From Dehalococcoidia bacterium (GTDB lineage: Bacteria; Chloroflexota; Dehalococcoidia; Bin125): a stretch of 64,000 nt of DNA. The DNA lies in contig CAXXSR010000001.1 of NCBI GenBank assembly GCA_963662615.2, forward strand, positions 96,001 through 160,000, in the 5' to 3' direction. The notes under the pieces were generated by a model. The model was not told where the DNA came from. It made no database searches and worked only from the letters and a program-made list of their open reading frames with translations. Below, piece by piece: positions 20,783 to 31,068 of the stretch (the stretch's first letter is position 1; the number at the start of each line of letters is the position of its first letter). The position numbers and the translations under genes were made by a program.

Positions 20783-21886
20783 ATGGTTGATTCGATCCGC
20801 GTCGGCATCGTTGGCGCGACTGTGACCCCCGGCGGTAGCGGCTGGGGCGCGAAGGCCCATGTTCCCGCTCTGCAGGCGCTGCCCGGCTACCAACTCCGCG
20901 CTGTCTGCACCGCGCACGCGGAGACCGCGGCCTCGTCGGCGGCCCGATTCGGCGCCGAGTTGGCGTTCCACGCCATGGACGACATGGTTGCGCGCCCGGA
21001 CATCGACCTCGTCGTCGTCTGCGTGCGCGTGCCGTGGCACTACGACTTGGTGATGGCGGGCCTGCGGGCGGGGAAGCCCGTCTTTTGCGAGTGGCCCCTC
21101 GGCGCGACGCTCGAGGAGGCGGAGGAGATGGCGAAGCTGGCGCGCGATCGCGGCTTGCGCACCGCCGTCGGGCTGCAGGCCCGCAGCGACCCGAGCGTCC
21201 GCTACGCGCGCGACCTCATCGCCCAGGGCTACGTCGGCGAGGTGCTGACCGCCAACCTCCGCGTGATGTCGCAAGCGGTGCTGGAACGCGGCCCGGGTCG
21301 TATCTGGCAGGCGGTGCGCGCGAACGGCGCCAATCCGCTCACGATCGCCGGCGGCCACGCGATCGACGCGCTCTGCTACATCCTCGGCGAGGTGGTGGAG
21401 CTGTCGGCGCGCGTGACGACACGGATCACGGAGTGGCGCGACGAGGAGACCGGCGCCGGCGTCCCGGTCGACGCCCCCGACAGCATCATCGTTGCGGCGC
21501 GTATCGAGAGCGGGGCCGAGATCGCGATCCAGGTGGCCCACGTGCCCGCCCAGCCCACCGGCACCCGCCTCGAGATCTACGGCGACGCGGGGGCGCTCTT
21601 CCTGACGGCGCCTTCGGTGTCCACCGGTCCCAGCCTGCTACATGGCGCCCGAGGCAGCGACGCACCGGCGGAGCTGGCACCGCCGACCGAGTATCTGGTG
21701 GCTCCGGAGGGCACGCCGCCGGGCCCGCCCCGCAACGTCGCGCACGCCTATGCACGGATGGCGGACGCCCTCGAAGCCGGCAAGCAGTTCGATCCCGACT
21801 TCGACCTGGCGGTGAGGCGGCATCGCCTGCTGGCAGCGATCGAGCGTTCCTCAGAGACCGGAATCAGGGAAACGGTCTCCGGCTAG
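20783..21886 (+). CDS. Gfo/Idh/MocA family oxidoreductase
   Basis: RVGIVGA, GKPVFCEWPLG and GGHAID motifs. Confidence 0.9.
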   Translation: MVDSIRVGIVGATVTPGGSGWGAKAHVPALQALPGYQLRAVCTAHAETAASSAARFGAELAFHAMDDMVARPDIDLVVVCVRVPWHYDLVMAGLRAGKPVFCEWPLGATLEEAEEMAKLARDRGLRTAVGLQARSDPSVRYARDLIAQGYVGEVLTANLRVMSQAVLERGPGRIWQAVRANGANPLTIAGGHAIDALCYILGEVVELSARVTTRITEWRDEETGAGVPVDAPDSIIVAARIESGAEIAIQVAHVPAQPTGTRLEIYGDAGALFLTAPSVSTGPSLLHGARGSDAPAELAPPTEYLVAPEGTPPGPPRNVAHAYARMADALEAGKQFDPDFDLAVRRHRLLAAIERSSETGIRETVSG

Positions 21887-21892
21887 CTGGCA

Positions 21893-21967
21893 CACGACGC
21901 GGCCAAGGCCGTCGACGTGCAGGCGGCGTTCAGCCCGGCCGCCCGGCTCCTCGCCCGCGCCGGTTAA
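21893..21967 (+). pseudogene. Tyrosine recombinase extreme 3' relic 3
   Basis: HDAAKAVDVQAAFSPAARLLARAG* matches the tails of relics 1 and 2. Confidence 0.7.
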
Positions 21968-22130
21968 TCTCCTGCTTCCCAGGCATGGAATCTGCCGCCC
22001 CCCGGATGTAGGCGTGCCCTCCCGTGCAGCCGTGAGGCGCGATTGGGTTCTCGTGCCCTCTACGTCTGATCAGCCGATGCTCGCGGTCGGGTTTGGCGAG
22101 CGTGCGCCGGCCGGTTCCCCGCGGACGCGG

Positions 22131-22820
22131 TCAGGCTTTCTCGCGGACGGCGTGGCCGCTGGGGCAGGCGATGCCCGTGCCGCCAAGTCCGCAGTAGCCG
22201 TCCGGATTCTTGGCCAGGTACTGCTGGTGATACGCCTCCGCGTAATAGAACGTCGATGCCGGCAGGATCTCCGTCGTGATGACTCCGTGCCCGGCGTCGC
22301 GCAGCGCCGCTTGGTAGGCATCGCGGGACGCCTCGGCAGCCCGGCGCTGCGCCTCCGACCCGTAGTAGATCCCCGAGCGGTACGGCGTCCCCACGTCGTT
22401 GCCCTGTCGCATCCCCTGGGTTGGGTCGTGGCTCTCCCAGAAGGTCTTCAGCAGCAGCTCGTACGTGGTCAGCGTCGGGTTGAACACGACGAGGACGGTC
22501 TCGTTGTGGCCGGTGCGACCGGAGCAGACTTCCTCATAGGTGGGATTTGGCGTGAGCCCTGCGGCGTACCCGACTGCAGTCGTGAAGACGCCGGTCGCCT
22601 CCCAGAAGCACTGCTCAGCACCCCAAAAACAGCCGAGGCCGAAGATGGCCGTCTCCACGCCTGCCGGGAACGGCGGCTCCAAGGGGGCGCCGTTAACGAA
22701 ATGTTCTCGGGGGACGGGCGTCCGCTGCTCACGGCCGGGCAACGCCTCCGCCTTCGTGGGGATCTCGGTCCTCGGTCGGCCGAACAAGGCCATGGGCATC
22801 CTCGCTTCCCTCGGGCTCAT
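22131..22820 (-). CDS. msrA: Peptide methionine sulfoxide reductase A, copy 1
   Basis: [17 protein letters not shown] and YHQQYL motifs; start may be 22799 or 22793. Confidence 0.95.
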   Translation of the reverse strand: MSPREARMPMALFGRPRTEIPTKAEALPGREQRTPVPREHFVNGAPLEPPFPAGVETAIFGLGCFWGAEQCFWEATGVFTTAVGYAAGLTPNPTYEEVCSGRTGHNETVLVVFNPTLTTYELLLKTFWESHDPTQGMRQGNDVGTPYRSGIYYGSEAQRRAAEASRDAYQAALRDAGHGVITTEILPASTFYYAEAYHQQYLAKNPDGYCGLGGTGIACPSGHAVREKA

Positions 22821-23443
22821 CCGCCCGCGCCGACAGTGTACCGCGCCCGCCGCACGGCATGGCCGCTGCAGACCCAGCAGCGGCTTCCCAAGCGGGCGCC
22901 CAAACCATGAACGCCGGCGCGTCGTCGCTCCCGCGCGCTGGCTACCGGGCGGGCGCGCCTGAGTCGCGGCGGGCTTCTCTGGTCATGGGTTTCAAGTTCT
23001 GACCGGTCGTCGGGGATATCCTGGCCGACCTCACGGACGAGCGCGCTCCTTGGCATGACCTCCGCATGTTCCGCATCGATCGGCTCCGTGCTTCGATGCC
23101 TCATGAGAGCTGCGTTGTTGAACTCGTCAGCAACGGCGTCGTATTCATGTGCGAAGGAGCGTGCTTGATCAGGCGTCATTGCCATCCAGGCAAGAAACCT
23201 GCTGGCAGTGAGAGAGACAAGCCGCGGGTCATCGAGATCGTTTTCGGCCGCGATCATCCTTTTTAATGCGGCGCTACGCTCAAGCTGGTCAAGTCGCAGC
23301 AGCTGCGAGAACGTTGCGCGCATTGCAGCCTGGCGGGCAACCTCACCAATATCAGCGAGTGCTGCCCAGCCGCGGTCTGGTAGGGATGACGAAGAGACCA
23401 CAGAAGCCCCGCATCCGAGACTGCGATGTTGATCAGCGCGCAA
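22817..23443 (-). CDS. Hypothetical helical protein, possibly degraded
   Basis: Central part is protein-like; both ends uncertain. Confidence 0.35.
   Translation of the reverse strand: MRADQHRSLGCGASVVSSSSLPDRGWAALADIGEVARQAAMRATFSQLLRLDQLERSAALKRMIAAENDLDDPRLVSLTASRFLAWMAMTPDQARSFAHEYDAVADEFNNAALMRHRSTEPIDAEHAEVMPRSALVREVGQDIPDDRSELETHDQRSPPRLRRARPVASARERRRAGVHGLGARLGSRCWVCSGHAVRRARYTVGAGG
22883..22893 (+). other. tRNA-Gly(CCC) anticodon core, att-like site 2
   Basis: CAGCGGCTTCCCAAGC, identical to the left part of site 1. Confidence 0.5.
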
Positions 23444-23524
23444 CCAAGCCGCAGTCGAAGAGCAGCCGAAATATACACCAACAGGCTGGATGCACAGGGT
23501 TGGTATTTTCCCTGCGGCTCTCGG

Positions 23525-25000
23525 TTAGGAGCTCGCCGCCGCTTCCCCCGCGATTCGGCCAAAGACGGCGCCGGACGTGAGGCCGGAGCCGCCGGCGTAG
23601 TTTTGATAGAAGAGCCCGCCCACCAGTTCGCCCGCGGCGTAGAGGCCGGGGATGGGGCGCTCCTCCGTGTCCAGGACCTGCGCGGTATGCTCGTCGATCT
23701 TGAGGCCGCCGAAGGTGAAGGTGATGCCGCAGGTGACGGCGAAGCCGACGTAGGGCGGCTTGTCGAGCGGGAGCGCCCAGTTCGACTTCGGCGGCGCGAT
23801 GCCCTCCGTGTGGACGCCGTCAAGAATTGAAGGATTGAACGGTCCCGGTCGGCAGGCCGCGTTGAAGTCGCTGATCGTGTGCGTGAGGCCCTCCACGTCG
23901 ACGCCCAACTGGGCGGCCAGCTGCGGGATCGTCGCGGCCTCCACTTTCGTCACCTGGCGGATGCGATATTCGTCGCGCAGGAGCGGCACGGTCTTTTGGT
24001 CGAAGAGCTGAAACGCCACCCGATGCGGCTGCTCCATGATGGCCCGCCCGTAGGGGACGTAGGTGTAGTTGCGGTAATCGGCGCCCTCGTCCAGGAAGCG
24101 CTCGCCCTCCAGGTTCACGATCAGGCCGTAGGGATAGGAGTGCTTTTGGTAGAGGTCGGCGATGGTGCGATTGCCGGTGGGAGGCGCGTTGAGGTCCCAG
24201 GCGACCGCGTGCGCCCCCGACCAATGCCCGTACGGCTGCGCACCGGCATCGACCGCGGCGCGAATGGCGTCGCCGGTGTTGAAGCGGCTGCCTCGCACTT
24301 TGGCCAGGTCCCAGCCGGGGCCCAAGTAGCGAGCACGCATCTCGGCGTTGGCTTCGAAGCCGCCCGCGGCGACGATCACGGCATCGGCCGGCAGCGGCTT
24401 GTCGGCGTCGCCGTTGCGGACCATGACGCCAATGACGCGGCGTCCGTCTCGCAGCAGGTCGGTCATCTTGCTCTCGTAGCGGATGTCGAGCCCGGCGGCC
24501 TCCGTCGCTTCGAAGAGAGCGTCGGCGAGCCCTTTGCCGGCACCCACCGCCTCCACGATGAGGGCGCCGTAGAAGACCAGCTTGCCATCTACGCTGTGCG
24601 CTTGACGCCCGGACATGAGCGCCCAGCGCACGCCCTGCTCGCGCAGCCAGGCCATCGTGGGGAACGCCTCCCGGACCAGGGTGGTGGCGAGGCCCTCGTC
24701 GATCAGGCCGTCGCTGACGCGGGCCAGGTCGTCGTGCATCGCCGCGGAGGAATACGCGCCCACATCAATGCCGGCCACCTCGGCGTCGCTGAGGTCCGGG
24801 ATCAGCGCGCGGATCGTTTCAATGTCGTCATAGGGGAAACGGAAGCCGCCGCCGGTGAAGAACGTGTTGCCGCCACGCTCGTCGCGCGGCGCCTTCTCCA
24901 ACACAGTGACGTGGGCGCCCCGTTCGCGTGCGGCGAGAGCGGCGCAGAGTGCTGCGTTGCCCGCCCCCACTACCACGACATGCCGCTGCTCGTCGCCCAC
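23525..25000 (-). CDS. tcuA: FAD-dependent tricarballylate dehydrogenase TcuA-like
   Basis: VVGAGNAALCAA, RGGNTFFTGG, GGFEAN, ITFTFGGL and YAGGSGLTSGAVFG motifs. Confidence 0.85.
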   Translation of the reverse strand: MGDEQRHVVVVGAGNAALCAALAARERGAHVTVLEKAPRDERGGNTFFTGGGFRFPYDDIETIRALIPDLSDAEVAGIDVGAYSSAAMHDDLARVSDGLIDEGLATTLVREAFPTMAWLREQGVRWALMSGRQAHSVDGKLVFYGALIVEAVGAGKGLADALFEATEAAGLDIRYESKMTDLLRDGRRVIGVMVRNGDADKPLPADAVIVAAGGFEANAEMRARYLGPGWDLAKVRGSRFNTGDAIRAAVDAGAQPYGHWSGAHAVAWDLNAPPTGNRTIADLYQKHSYPYGLIVNLEGERFLDEGADYRNYTYVPYGRAIMEQPHRVAFQLFDQKTVPLLRDEYRIRQVTKVEAATIPQLAAQLGVDVEGLTHTISDFNAACRPGPFNPSILDGVHTEGIAPPKSNWALPLDKPPYVGFAVTCGITFTFGGLKIDEHTAQVLDTEERPIPGLYAAGELVGGLFYQNYAGGSGLTSGAVFGRIAGEAAASS

Positions 25001-25021
25001 GATGTTTGCCTGCGCGGGGGG

Positions 25022-25414
25022 CTATTGGAGGGCGAACGCTGGGTCCTTCGCTCGCGGCAGATGGTACCAGGCGTCATCGCACACGGCCAAGTCTTCCGCC
25101 GTCAGCGTGACCTCGACAGCCTTGAGTGAATCCTCGATCTGTTCGCGACTGCTCGCGCCGACGATCGCGGAGGTGATGCCGTCCTGGGCGAGCACCCAAG
25201 CGATGGCCGCCTGCGCGAGCGATACCCCACCGTGGTCGAAGTGCGACTTGAGTCGCTGCATCTGCTGAAACTGGGCCTCGTGCCAGTAGCGCCCCTGGTA
25301 GCGCGACGCCACCGTGCCCAGCGTAAAGCGGGTGCCTTGGCCGAGGTCATCCAGCGATTCGTACTTCCCGGTGAGAAAGCCGCCCGCCAGCGGGTTGAAG
25401 GCGATGACGCCCAC
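25022..25414 (-). pseudogene. Aldo/keto reductase, C-terminal fragment
   Basis: FNPLAGGFLTGKY, AIAWVL and IVGASSREQ motifs; 5' part replaced. Confidence 0.8.
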
Positions 25415-25665
25415 GGTGCCGCTCGAGGGCGAGCCGTGTGATCTCGCGACCGATCGGACGGGCCGCTACCTGCTCTCCGCCTATTACCAGGCTGGGCGTT
25501 GCGCCGTGCATGCGCTTGGCGAGGACAGGGCACTCATGGACCCCCCCCGTCGAGTCGTTCGAGACCGGGTCCGGTGCCCATTGCTTCCAGACCGATCCAT
25601 CGAACCGCTATGCCTTCCTCCCGCACATCGCGAACGGCTCTGGCGGCCTGGCGCGGCTCGCCTCT
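25414..25665 (+). pseudogene. Lactonase (Pgl-like beta-propeller) internal fragment
   Basis: TDRTGRYLLSAYYQAG / GAHCFQTDPSNRYAFLPH; frameshifted. Confidence 0.7.
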
Positions 25666-25705
25666 TCCCAATCTGGGAGTCATGGTCGGATGGGGTTTTG
25701 GACCC

Positions 25706-25781
25706 TGTGGGGCACGAATATCAGATCGTTCCGGTTCTCCATCGGGTAGACAGGCAGCGATCCAAGTTATGTGGTCCCACA
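25706..25781 (+). mobile_element. 76-bp MITE-like element with TGT...ACA ends
   Basis: TGTGGGGCACGAATATCAGATCG...CGATCCAAGTTATGTGGTCCCACA; inverted copy at 29258-29331. Confidence 0.7.
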
Positions 25782-25988
25782 CCCGGGCCATATGCCCAAT
25801 CGAGCGTCGAGTCTCCTGAGATGCCGCGTGGAGAGAGAATGGCGCCAAGACTCCCGTCATCGTGTCCCCGCTCGCACTGCCCCCCGGGCGCAGGCGATCG
25901 GGCCCGGGTCGGCGGGAGAGCCTAGAATGACGGACAGCCGGGTCAGACTGATGTCCTTGGAGTCCATGCGGTCAGCGAGGAGGCAATG

Positions 25989-26114
25989 ATGGCGACGAAG
26001 GACAAGGGCGGCAAGAACACGAAGGAGGCCGCGTCGCGGACCCTGAAGGAGAAGCGGCAGGCCAAGCGGGACAAGAAGATTGCGAAGGTCAGGGGAACCA
26101 TGGGGGTGAACTAG
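25989..26114 (+). CDS. Small Lys-rich basic protein (41 aa)
   Basis: GAGGAGG RBS; MATKDKGGKNTKEAASRTLKEKRQAKRDKKIAKVRGTMGVN. Confidence 0.65.
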   Translation: MATKDKGGKNTKEAASRTLKEKRQAKRDKKIAKVRGTMGVN

Positions 26115-26454
26115 CAAATCGAATCGGTTGTCAGGCGAGGAGGATTGCGATAGCCGAGGTGACTGACCAAGTCGCGCCGAGATTATGCGCGGGCGGAGCC
26201 TAGCAGCTCGCACTCGCCTCTGGGCGGAGGAATCAACCGTGCCTGAGTGAAGGGAGGCCCGCAGGGGCATCCGCGGGTGCGGTGATCCGAGGCGCATGAT
26301 CGCTGTCTCTGCTTGCTCCACTGCCACCCCTGGGCTGCAGGCGACGTTGCGGTCGCCGTTCCGTGTTGGAGCCGCGTCAGAAATCTCGTCGCGTTGCGGG
26401 ACCGGTGCCGTGGCGAAGGGCTGTTCGGCCAGATGGCGCGGCTTGTGAAGTGCG

Positions 26455-26729
26455 GGGCGCTCCTGTCCTACGACGCGTACTACATGCTCTTCCAGGCCAT
26501 GAAGGACGCCGGCACGGTGACCGACACCGACGCGATCGTCGCCGCGCTGGAGAATGTCGTCCTCCACGGCGTGGTCGCCGATGACTACCAATTCGACGAT
26601 CGGCACATCGTCACGCACGGCACGGTAGTGTGCGCGGCGGATCCGTACGACGGTGAGGGCGCGGTTCAGTTCTCTTGTCAGTTCACGCCGCCGCCGGACT
26701 CGCCGCCGCCGGGGACTCCAGGGTTTTGA
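26455..26729 (+). pseudogene. LivJ-like ABC substrate-binding protein, C-terminal fragment
   Basis: YDAYYMLFQAMKDAGTVTDTDAI aligns with the C-terminus of 38081-39574. Confidence 0.7.
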
Positions 26730-26771
26730 GTAGGAGGTAACGAAGCAGCAGAGACGGACTTCGGTCCGCGT

Positions 26772-26813
26772 GCCCGGCGTCCTTCCGTTCGGAGGGGCGC
26801 CGGGCTCTTTATT
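26772..26813 (+). terminator. Intrinsic terminator
   Basis: GCCCGGCGTCCTTCC/GGAGGGGCGCCGGGC stem followed by TCTTTATT. Confidence 0.65.
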
Positions 26814-26959
26814 GCCCGCCACCCCGGCCCCCCGGTGACGAAGGCGACGTTGGGTCTGCCAACCCGTGAGCGCTGAGTCCGCCGGCACGAGCACGATGGA
26901 CCTCCTCTCGGCCCGCTCCGGGTTATCGACGCCAGCAGGGGCCCGCGGGCGGATTCCGT

Positions 26960-27115
26960 AGCAAGCTGCTCGCCCAATATGGCGCGACGGTGGTGAAGGT
27001 CGAGCCCCCGTCCGGCGATCCGCTGCGCTCGACGGGCCCGTTCCTCGATGATGAGCCCGGCCCCGATCGATCTCTCCTGTTGAACCGTCTGCACAGCGGC
27101 AAGGAGTCGGTGGCG
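26960..27115 (+). pseudogene. CaiB/BaiF CoA-transferase fragment
   Basis: LLAQYGATVVKVEPPSGDPLR...LHSGKESV. Confidence 0.7.
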
Positions 27116-27288
27116 CGCCCAACAGTAGGCGTGATGCAGGCCGCCAAGGACGGGCTCGGCGACAATCTGTCGCGGGCCGATGGGTCGGAGCTGCCGACGC
27201 GGGCCAGCGGGGGGCGGGTGGACCTGATGGACGTGGAGGAAGCTGTCAGCGATCGCGCGGTCGGTCGTCTGGGGGCTTGAGCGCGATG

Positions 27289-27330
27289 TCGGACTCAGTG
27301 CCGAAGAGATCTGTCCGGCGTAGAATCGGA
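27289..27330. repeat. 42-bp palindrome copy
   Basis: TCGGAC TCAGTG CCGAAG AGATCT GTCCGG CGTAGA ATCGGA. Confidence 0.7.
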
Positions 27331-27401
27331 CTTTGCGACCCTTGTTCATCAAGCGATTGGCCGCGTATCGTTCTGGCAGTCGCCGACCGGGAGGAGTCCT
27401 C

Positions 27402-29039
27402 GTGCGAGGCATCCGGCGTGGTGTGACGTTCGCAGTACTGCTGGGCGCTCTCTGCTTGATCGCGGCCGCGTGTTCCGGGGGTGGGGATGCCGAGACCGAG
27501 GAGCAAATCGTCGCGGCGGATGAGGCGGGAGACGTTGCGGAGGAGCCCACGGATGCGCCAACCGACGAAGAACGTCCGGCGAGCTGCGAGGAAGGCCCGG
27601 CGCCGGCCGACGTGACTGGGCCTGCACCCGAGTTGTCGCGCGCGGCCAACGACTGGCCCAGCGCGAACCGTGATCTGCCGGGGACCCGCGCAACGTTCGA
27701 CTCGCCGATCGACTCGACCACGGTTGGCGACCTCGAGATCGCGTGGGAGTACCCGTTGACCGGGACAGCCGGATTCTTCGGGTACGCCGCGACGAATCCC
27801 CTGATCCTCGGCGGCCGTGTGTACCTGCAGGACCTCGCCAGCGGGCTGCATGTGCTGGATCTGCAGTCCGGGGAGGTCTGCTGGCGGCTGGTGCTGGACG
27901 CGCCCGTGTTGGGACCGAACGGCCTCGCCGTCGGCTGGGGCCGAGTCTTCGCGCCGACGCGCGGCCGATCGATCAGCGCCTACGACGCCGACCGCGGCGA
28001 GCTTCTGTGGGAGACTGATCTAGTCGCTGACAAGGGCGGCGCCGTCGACATCCAGCCGGTGCTGGCTGGGGAGTTGGTTCTCGCTGCGACGTCGTCGCTG
28101 TCGCAGCCCGGGAGCCGGGGCGTTCTCTTCGCGCTGGATCCCGAAACAGACGACGTCGTCTGGTCGTTCGACACGATCGAGTCGCCTGACCTTTGGGGGA
28201 ATTCCCAGATCAACAGTGGCGGGGGCGCCTGGTATCCGCCGGCTGTGGATCTGGATGCCGGGTTGGTCTTCTGGGGGATCTCCAACGCCTACCCTTTCCC
28301 TGGGGTTCCTGGCTTCCCGAACGGCACCTCACGGCCGGGCGCCAATCGTTGGACGGCGTCGGTCGTGGCGCTCGATCTCGTTACCGGCGAGTTGCTCTGG
28401 GGCTTCCAGCACTTCCCCCACGACATCTTCGACCGGGATAGCGTCGTCACGACGATCGCACCCGTGGATGGGCCGGACGGGCCCAGCGGCGTCGTGGTCA
28501 ACACGGGCAAGGGCGCCCACGTGGCGGGCTTCGAGCCGACGACGGGGGAGCGGCTCTGGAACACCGTCGTCGGGCGACACCAGAACGACGAACTCACGGA
28601 GTTCCGAGGATCGCTGGAGGTCCTGCCGGGAACGGTCGGGGGGGTGGTGACGCCGGCGGCGTCCGCGGATGGCGTCGTCTATGTGGCGGTCGTGAACGCA
28701 CCGGCGACGTACGACTCGCCCGAGGACTCCGAAGGGAACACGGCGCTACGCAAGTTTCCCTCCCAGGTCGTCGCAATCGATGTCGCGGACGGACGGATTC
28801 TCTGGGACGTCGAGCTGCCGGGCGACTCCTTCGGCGGCGTGACCGTCGTGAACGACCTGGTGTTCGTCTCCCTGATCGACGGGCGGTTGTTCGCGCTGCA
28901 CCGCGCCAGCGGGGATCGGGTGTGGTCGATGCAGCTGCCGGCCGGGATTAACGCCTGGCCAGCCGTGGCGGGGGACATGATCGTGCTGCCGGCAGGACTG
29001 GGGGAGACGCCGACCCTCGTGGCGCTGCGCCTTCGCTAG
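27402..29039 (+). CDS. PQQ-like beta-propeller lipoprotein
   Basis: GGAGG RBS and GTG start; lipobox AAAC; repeated W-docking motifs; HDIFDRD. Confidence 0.85.
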   Translation: MRGIRRGVTFAVLLGALCLIAAACSGGGDAETEEQIVAADEAGDVAEEPTDAPTDEERPASCEEGPAPADVTGPAPELSRAANDWPSANRDLPGTRATFDSPIDSTTVGDLEIAWEYPLTGTAGFFGYAATNPLILGGRVYLQDLASGLHVLDLQSGEVCWRLVLDAPVLGPNGLAVGWGRVFAPTRGRSISAYDADRGELLWETDLVADKGGAVDIQPVLAGELVLAATSSLSQPGSRGVLFALDPETDDVVWSFDTIESPDLWGNSQINSGGGAWYPPAVDLDAGLVFWGISNAYPFPGVPGFPNGTSRPGANRWTASVVALDLVTGELLWGFQHFPHDIFDRDSVVTTIAPVDGPDGPSGVVVNTGKGAHVAGFEPTTGERLWNTVVGRHQNDELTEFRGSLEVLPGTVGGVVTPAASADGVVYVAVVNAPATYDSPEDSEGNTALRKFPSQVVAIDVADGRILWDVELPGDSFGGVTVVNDLVFVSLIDGRLFALHRASGDRVWSMQLPAGINAWPAVAGDMIVLPAGLGETPTLVALRLR

Positions 29040-29125
29040 GCGAGGGCGGAAGCGAGTGCTCATCTGCAGCATATGTCAGAATCTCAGCCGGTATAGCCTT
29101 GTCAACCAATGCGTGGGAGGGCCAC

Positions 29126-29257
29126 ATGGCGTTCAGCATGAGTGAGACCGTCGAGATCAACCGCCCTGCGGCGGAGGTGTTCGCGTACCTAACCGACCTG
29201 AACAACGCCCCCAAGTGGCAGAAGACGGTCGTCGAAGCGAAGTACACGTCGGAAGGC
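29126..29257 (+). pseudogene. SRPBCC family protein truncated by the MITE
   Basis: TVEINRPAAEVFAYLTDLNNAPKW; MITE begins at 29258. Confidence 0.75.
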
Positions 29258-29331
29258 TGTGGGACCACAAAACTCGGATCGCCGCCGGTCCACCAGATCG
29301 GAAACCGGAACGATCTGATATTCGTGCCCCC
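29258..29331 (-). mobile_element. MITE-like element, copy 2
   Basis: Reverse complement closely matches 25709-25781. Confidence 0.7.
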
Positions 29332-29536
29332 CAACCTCCCCCTGGGCCCGCTCCGGCTTATCGACGCCAGCAGGGACGCGCGAATTTTTTTTATCGGCGA
29401 GCCTCCCGGGCCGACTACCAGATGGGCGAGGGACGCGGAGTGTCTTTCAAGGGCAGAAATCGTCGCGGATTCGGCAGGATATTGCACGCTTTTGCACGGG
29501 GGAGGCGGACATCGGCGGACAGGGAGGGGACTGGAG

Positions 29537-29602
29537 GAGGACAGGCAGCGGACGGGCAGCGGACGGGTAGCGGACAGGCAGCGGACGGGTAGCGGACAGG
29601 GC
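29537..29602 (+). repeat. Six tandem 11-bp units GCGGACRGGYA
   Basis: gaggacaggca gcggacgggca gcggacgggta gcggacaggca gcggacgggta gcggacagggc. Confidence 0.85.
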
Positions 29603-29821
29603 TGCGACAGTCAAGGGACAGGGGCGGGACAGCCCCGAGACAGGGCGTTGAGGGTCGGCGGTGAAGTCCCATATACGTGAACTATAGCACGCGGTAAGAG
29701 GATAGACAATCAAAGGGGGTTGCCAGGTGTGGAAGGGACATAACGATCGACTGGGCCGCGCGTGAGTCGGGCCCGGGGAGTGAAGGTAGGCTCCCGGCAT
29801 CTGGGGGTCGGGGCGGGCAGG

Positions 29822-30826
29822 TCAGGGGGCGCTGCCGACGACCGGGAGGCCGTCGCCGCGCGCCGCGTTGATGGTCTCGATCACGCGCTGATCGAACGGG
29901 GGGTAGCCGATCTCGAACTCTTCGACGAGACGCGAGTTGTCCATGAGGAAGAGGCCTGACGCCTCGCGCCCGCCCTCGTCCGCTTCGAACGTGATCTCGG
30001 CGTCGGGCAGGAACCCGCGCACGGTGTCGGCGAGCTGGCCCATGCTGAGTGACTCGCCGCCCGAGTTGTAGATCGCGTAGCGCGTCTCTGCCGCCAGCGT
30101 CACGCGCACGAAGACCTCGGCGATGTCCTCCACGTGGAGGGGGATGGTCATGGTGTCGCGGAAGGGGAAGTGGACGGGCTCGCCGCGGGCCGGGAGCACT
30201 TGGCAGCGCACGTGGTTCATTGAGCCTCGCACCTTGTCCGGGCCGGTGACGTTGGCGGGACGCACGCCCGTAATCGCCATATCGAAGGCGCGGTTGTACC
30301 AGTCGGCCTGGTACTCGTTGAAGATCTTCGAGACCGCGTACAGACTCGTCCCGAGGCGCGCGTCATCCTCCACGACCGCGCGCTCCCCGTGCAGATGCTG
30401 CTGTCCGTACACGGCGAGCGAACTCGCGTAGACCACGCGACGGATGCCGAGGATGCGCGCTGCCTCGAAGCAGTTGTCCATGCCGAGGATGTTCAGCCGG
30501 ACCTGCGGGTGGGGATCGTCCTCGCCGGGCGCCGGCCCAGGAGCCCCCGGCCGGTCCGCGAGGGCTCGCGATCGCTCGGCAGCTCCGACGCCCAGGGCGT
30601 AGGCGAGGTTGAGTACGCGGTCGGGCGGGCTCAGCGCCATCGCCTCCATCACGTCGTCCATCAGGGTGATGTCGCCGCGGACGATTTCGATGCTGTCGCG
30701 CAGGCCCTCAAGCGAGGGCGAGCCGGGCGCAATGTCCATGCAGCGGACCTCGTGCCCGCGCTCCAGCAGCCGCCGCATCACGCGCGGCCCGATGAAGCCG
30801 CTGCCCCCCAGCACCAATACGCGCAC
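29822..30826 (-). CDS. NAD-dependent epimerase/dehydratase
   Basis: LGGSGFIG, ASSLAVYG and YAVSK motifs. Confidence 0.9.
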   Translation of the reverse strand: MRVLVLGGSGFIGPRVMRRLLERGHEVRCMDIAPGSPSLEGLRDSIEIVRGDITLMDDVMEAMALSPPDRVLNLAYALGVGAAERSRALADRPGAPGPAPGEDDPHPQVRLNILGMDNCFEAARILGIRRVVYASSLAVYGQQHLHGERAVVEDDARLGTSLYAVSKIFNEYQADWYNRAFDMAITGVRPANVTGPDKVRGSMNHVRCQVLPARGEPVHFPFRDTMTIPLHVEDIAEVFVRVTLAAETRYAIYNSGGESLSMGQLADTVRGFLPDAEITFEADEGGREASGLFLMDNSRLVEEFEIGYPPFDQRVIETINAARGDGLPVVGSAP

Positions 30827-30872
30827 GCCTCGTCCTTCCGGAACGCGCCGGCGTCGGCGCGCGGCGAGATTA

Positions 30873-31005
30873 GCAACCGATCATCGCCGCGGTCAACGGT
30901 GCAGCCATGGGGTTGGGCGCGACCATGGCGCTCTTCTCGGACATCATCATTGCGGCCGACGATGTCCGCATTGGCGATCCCCATGCGCGAATCGGCGTGG
31001 TGGCT
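30873..31005 (+). pseudogene. Enoyl-CoA hydratase internal fragment
   Basis: QPIIAAVNGAAMGLGATMALFSDIIIAADDVRIGDPH. Confidence 0.7.
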
Positions 31006-31068
31006 TGCCGGCGGCGGCAGATCGAATCCGCGCCCGGCAGGACGTCCGACTGGCGCGGGATCGAGCGG

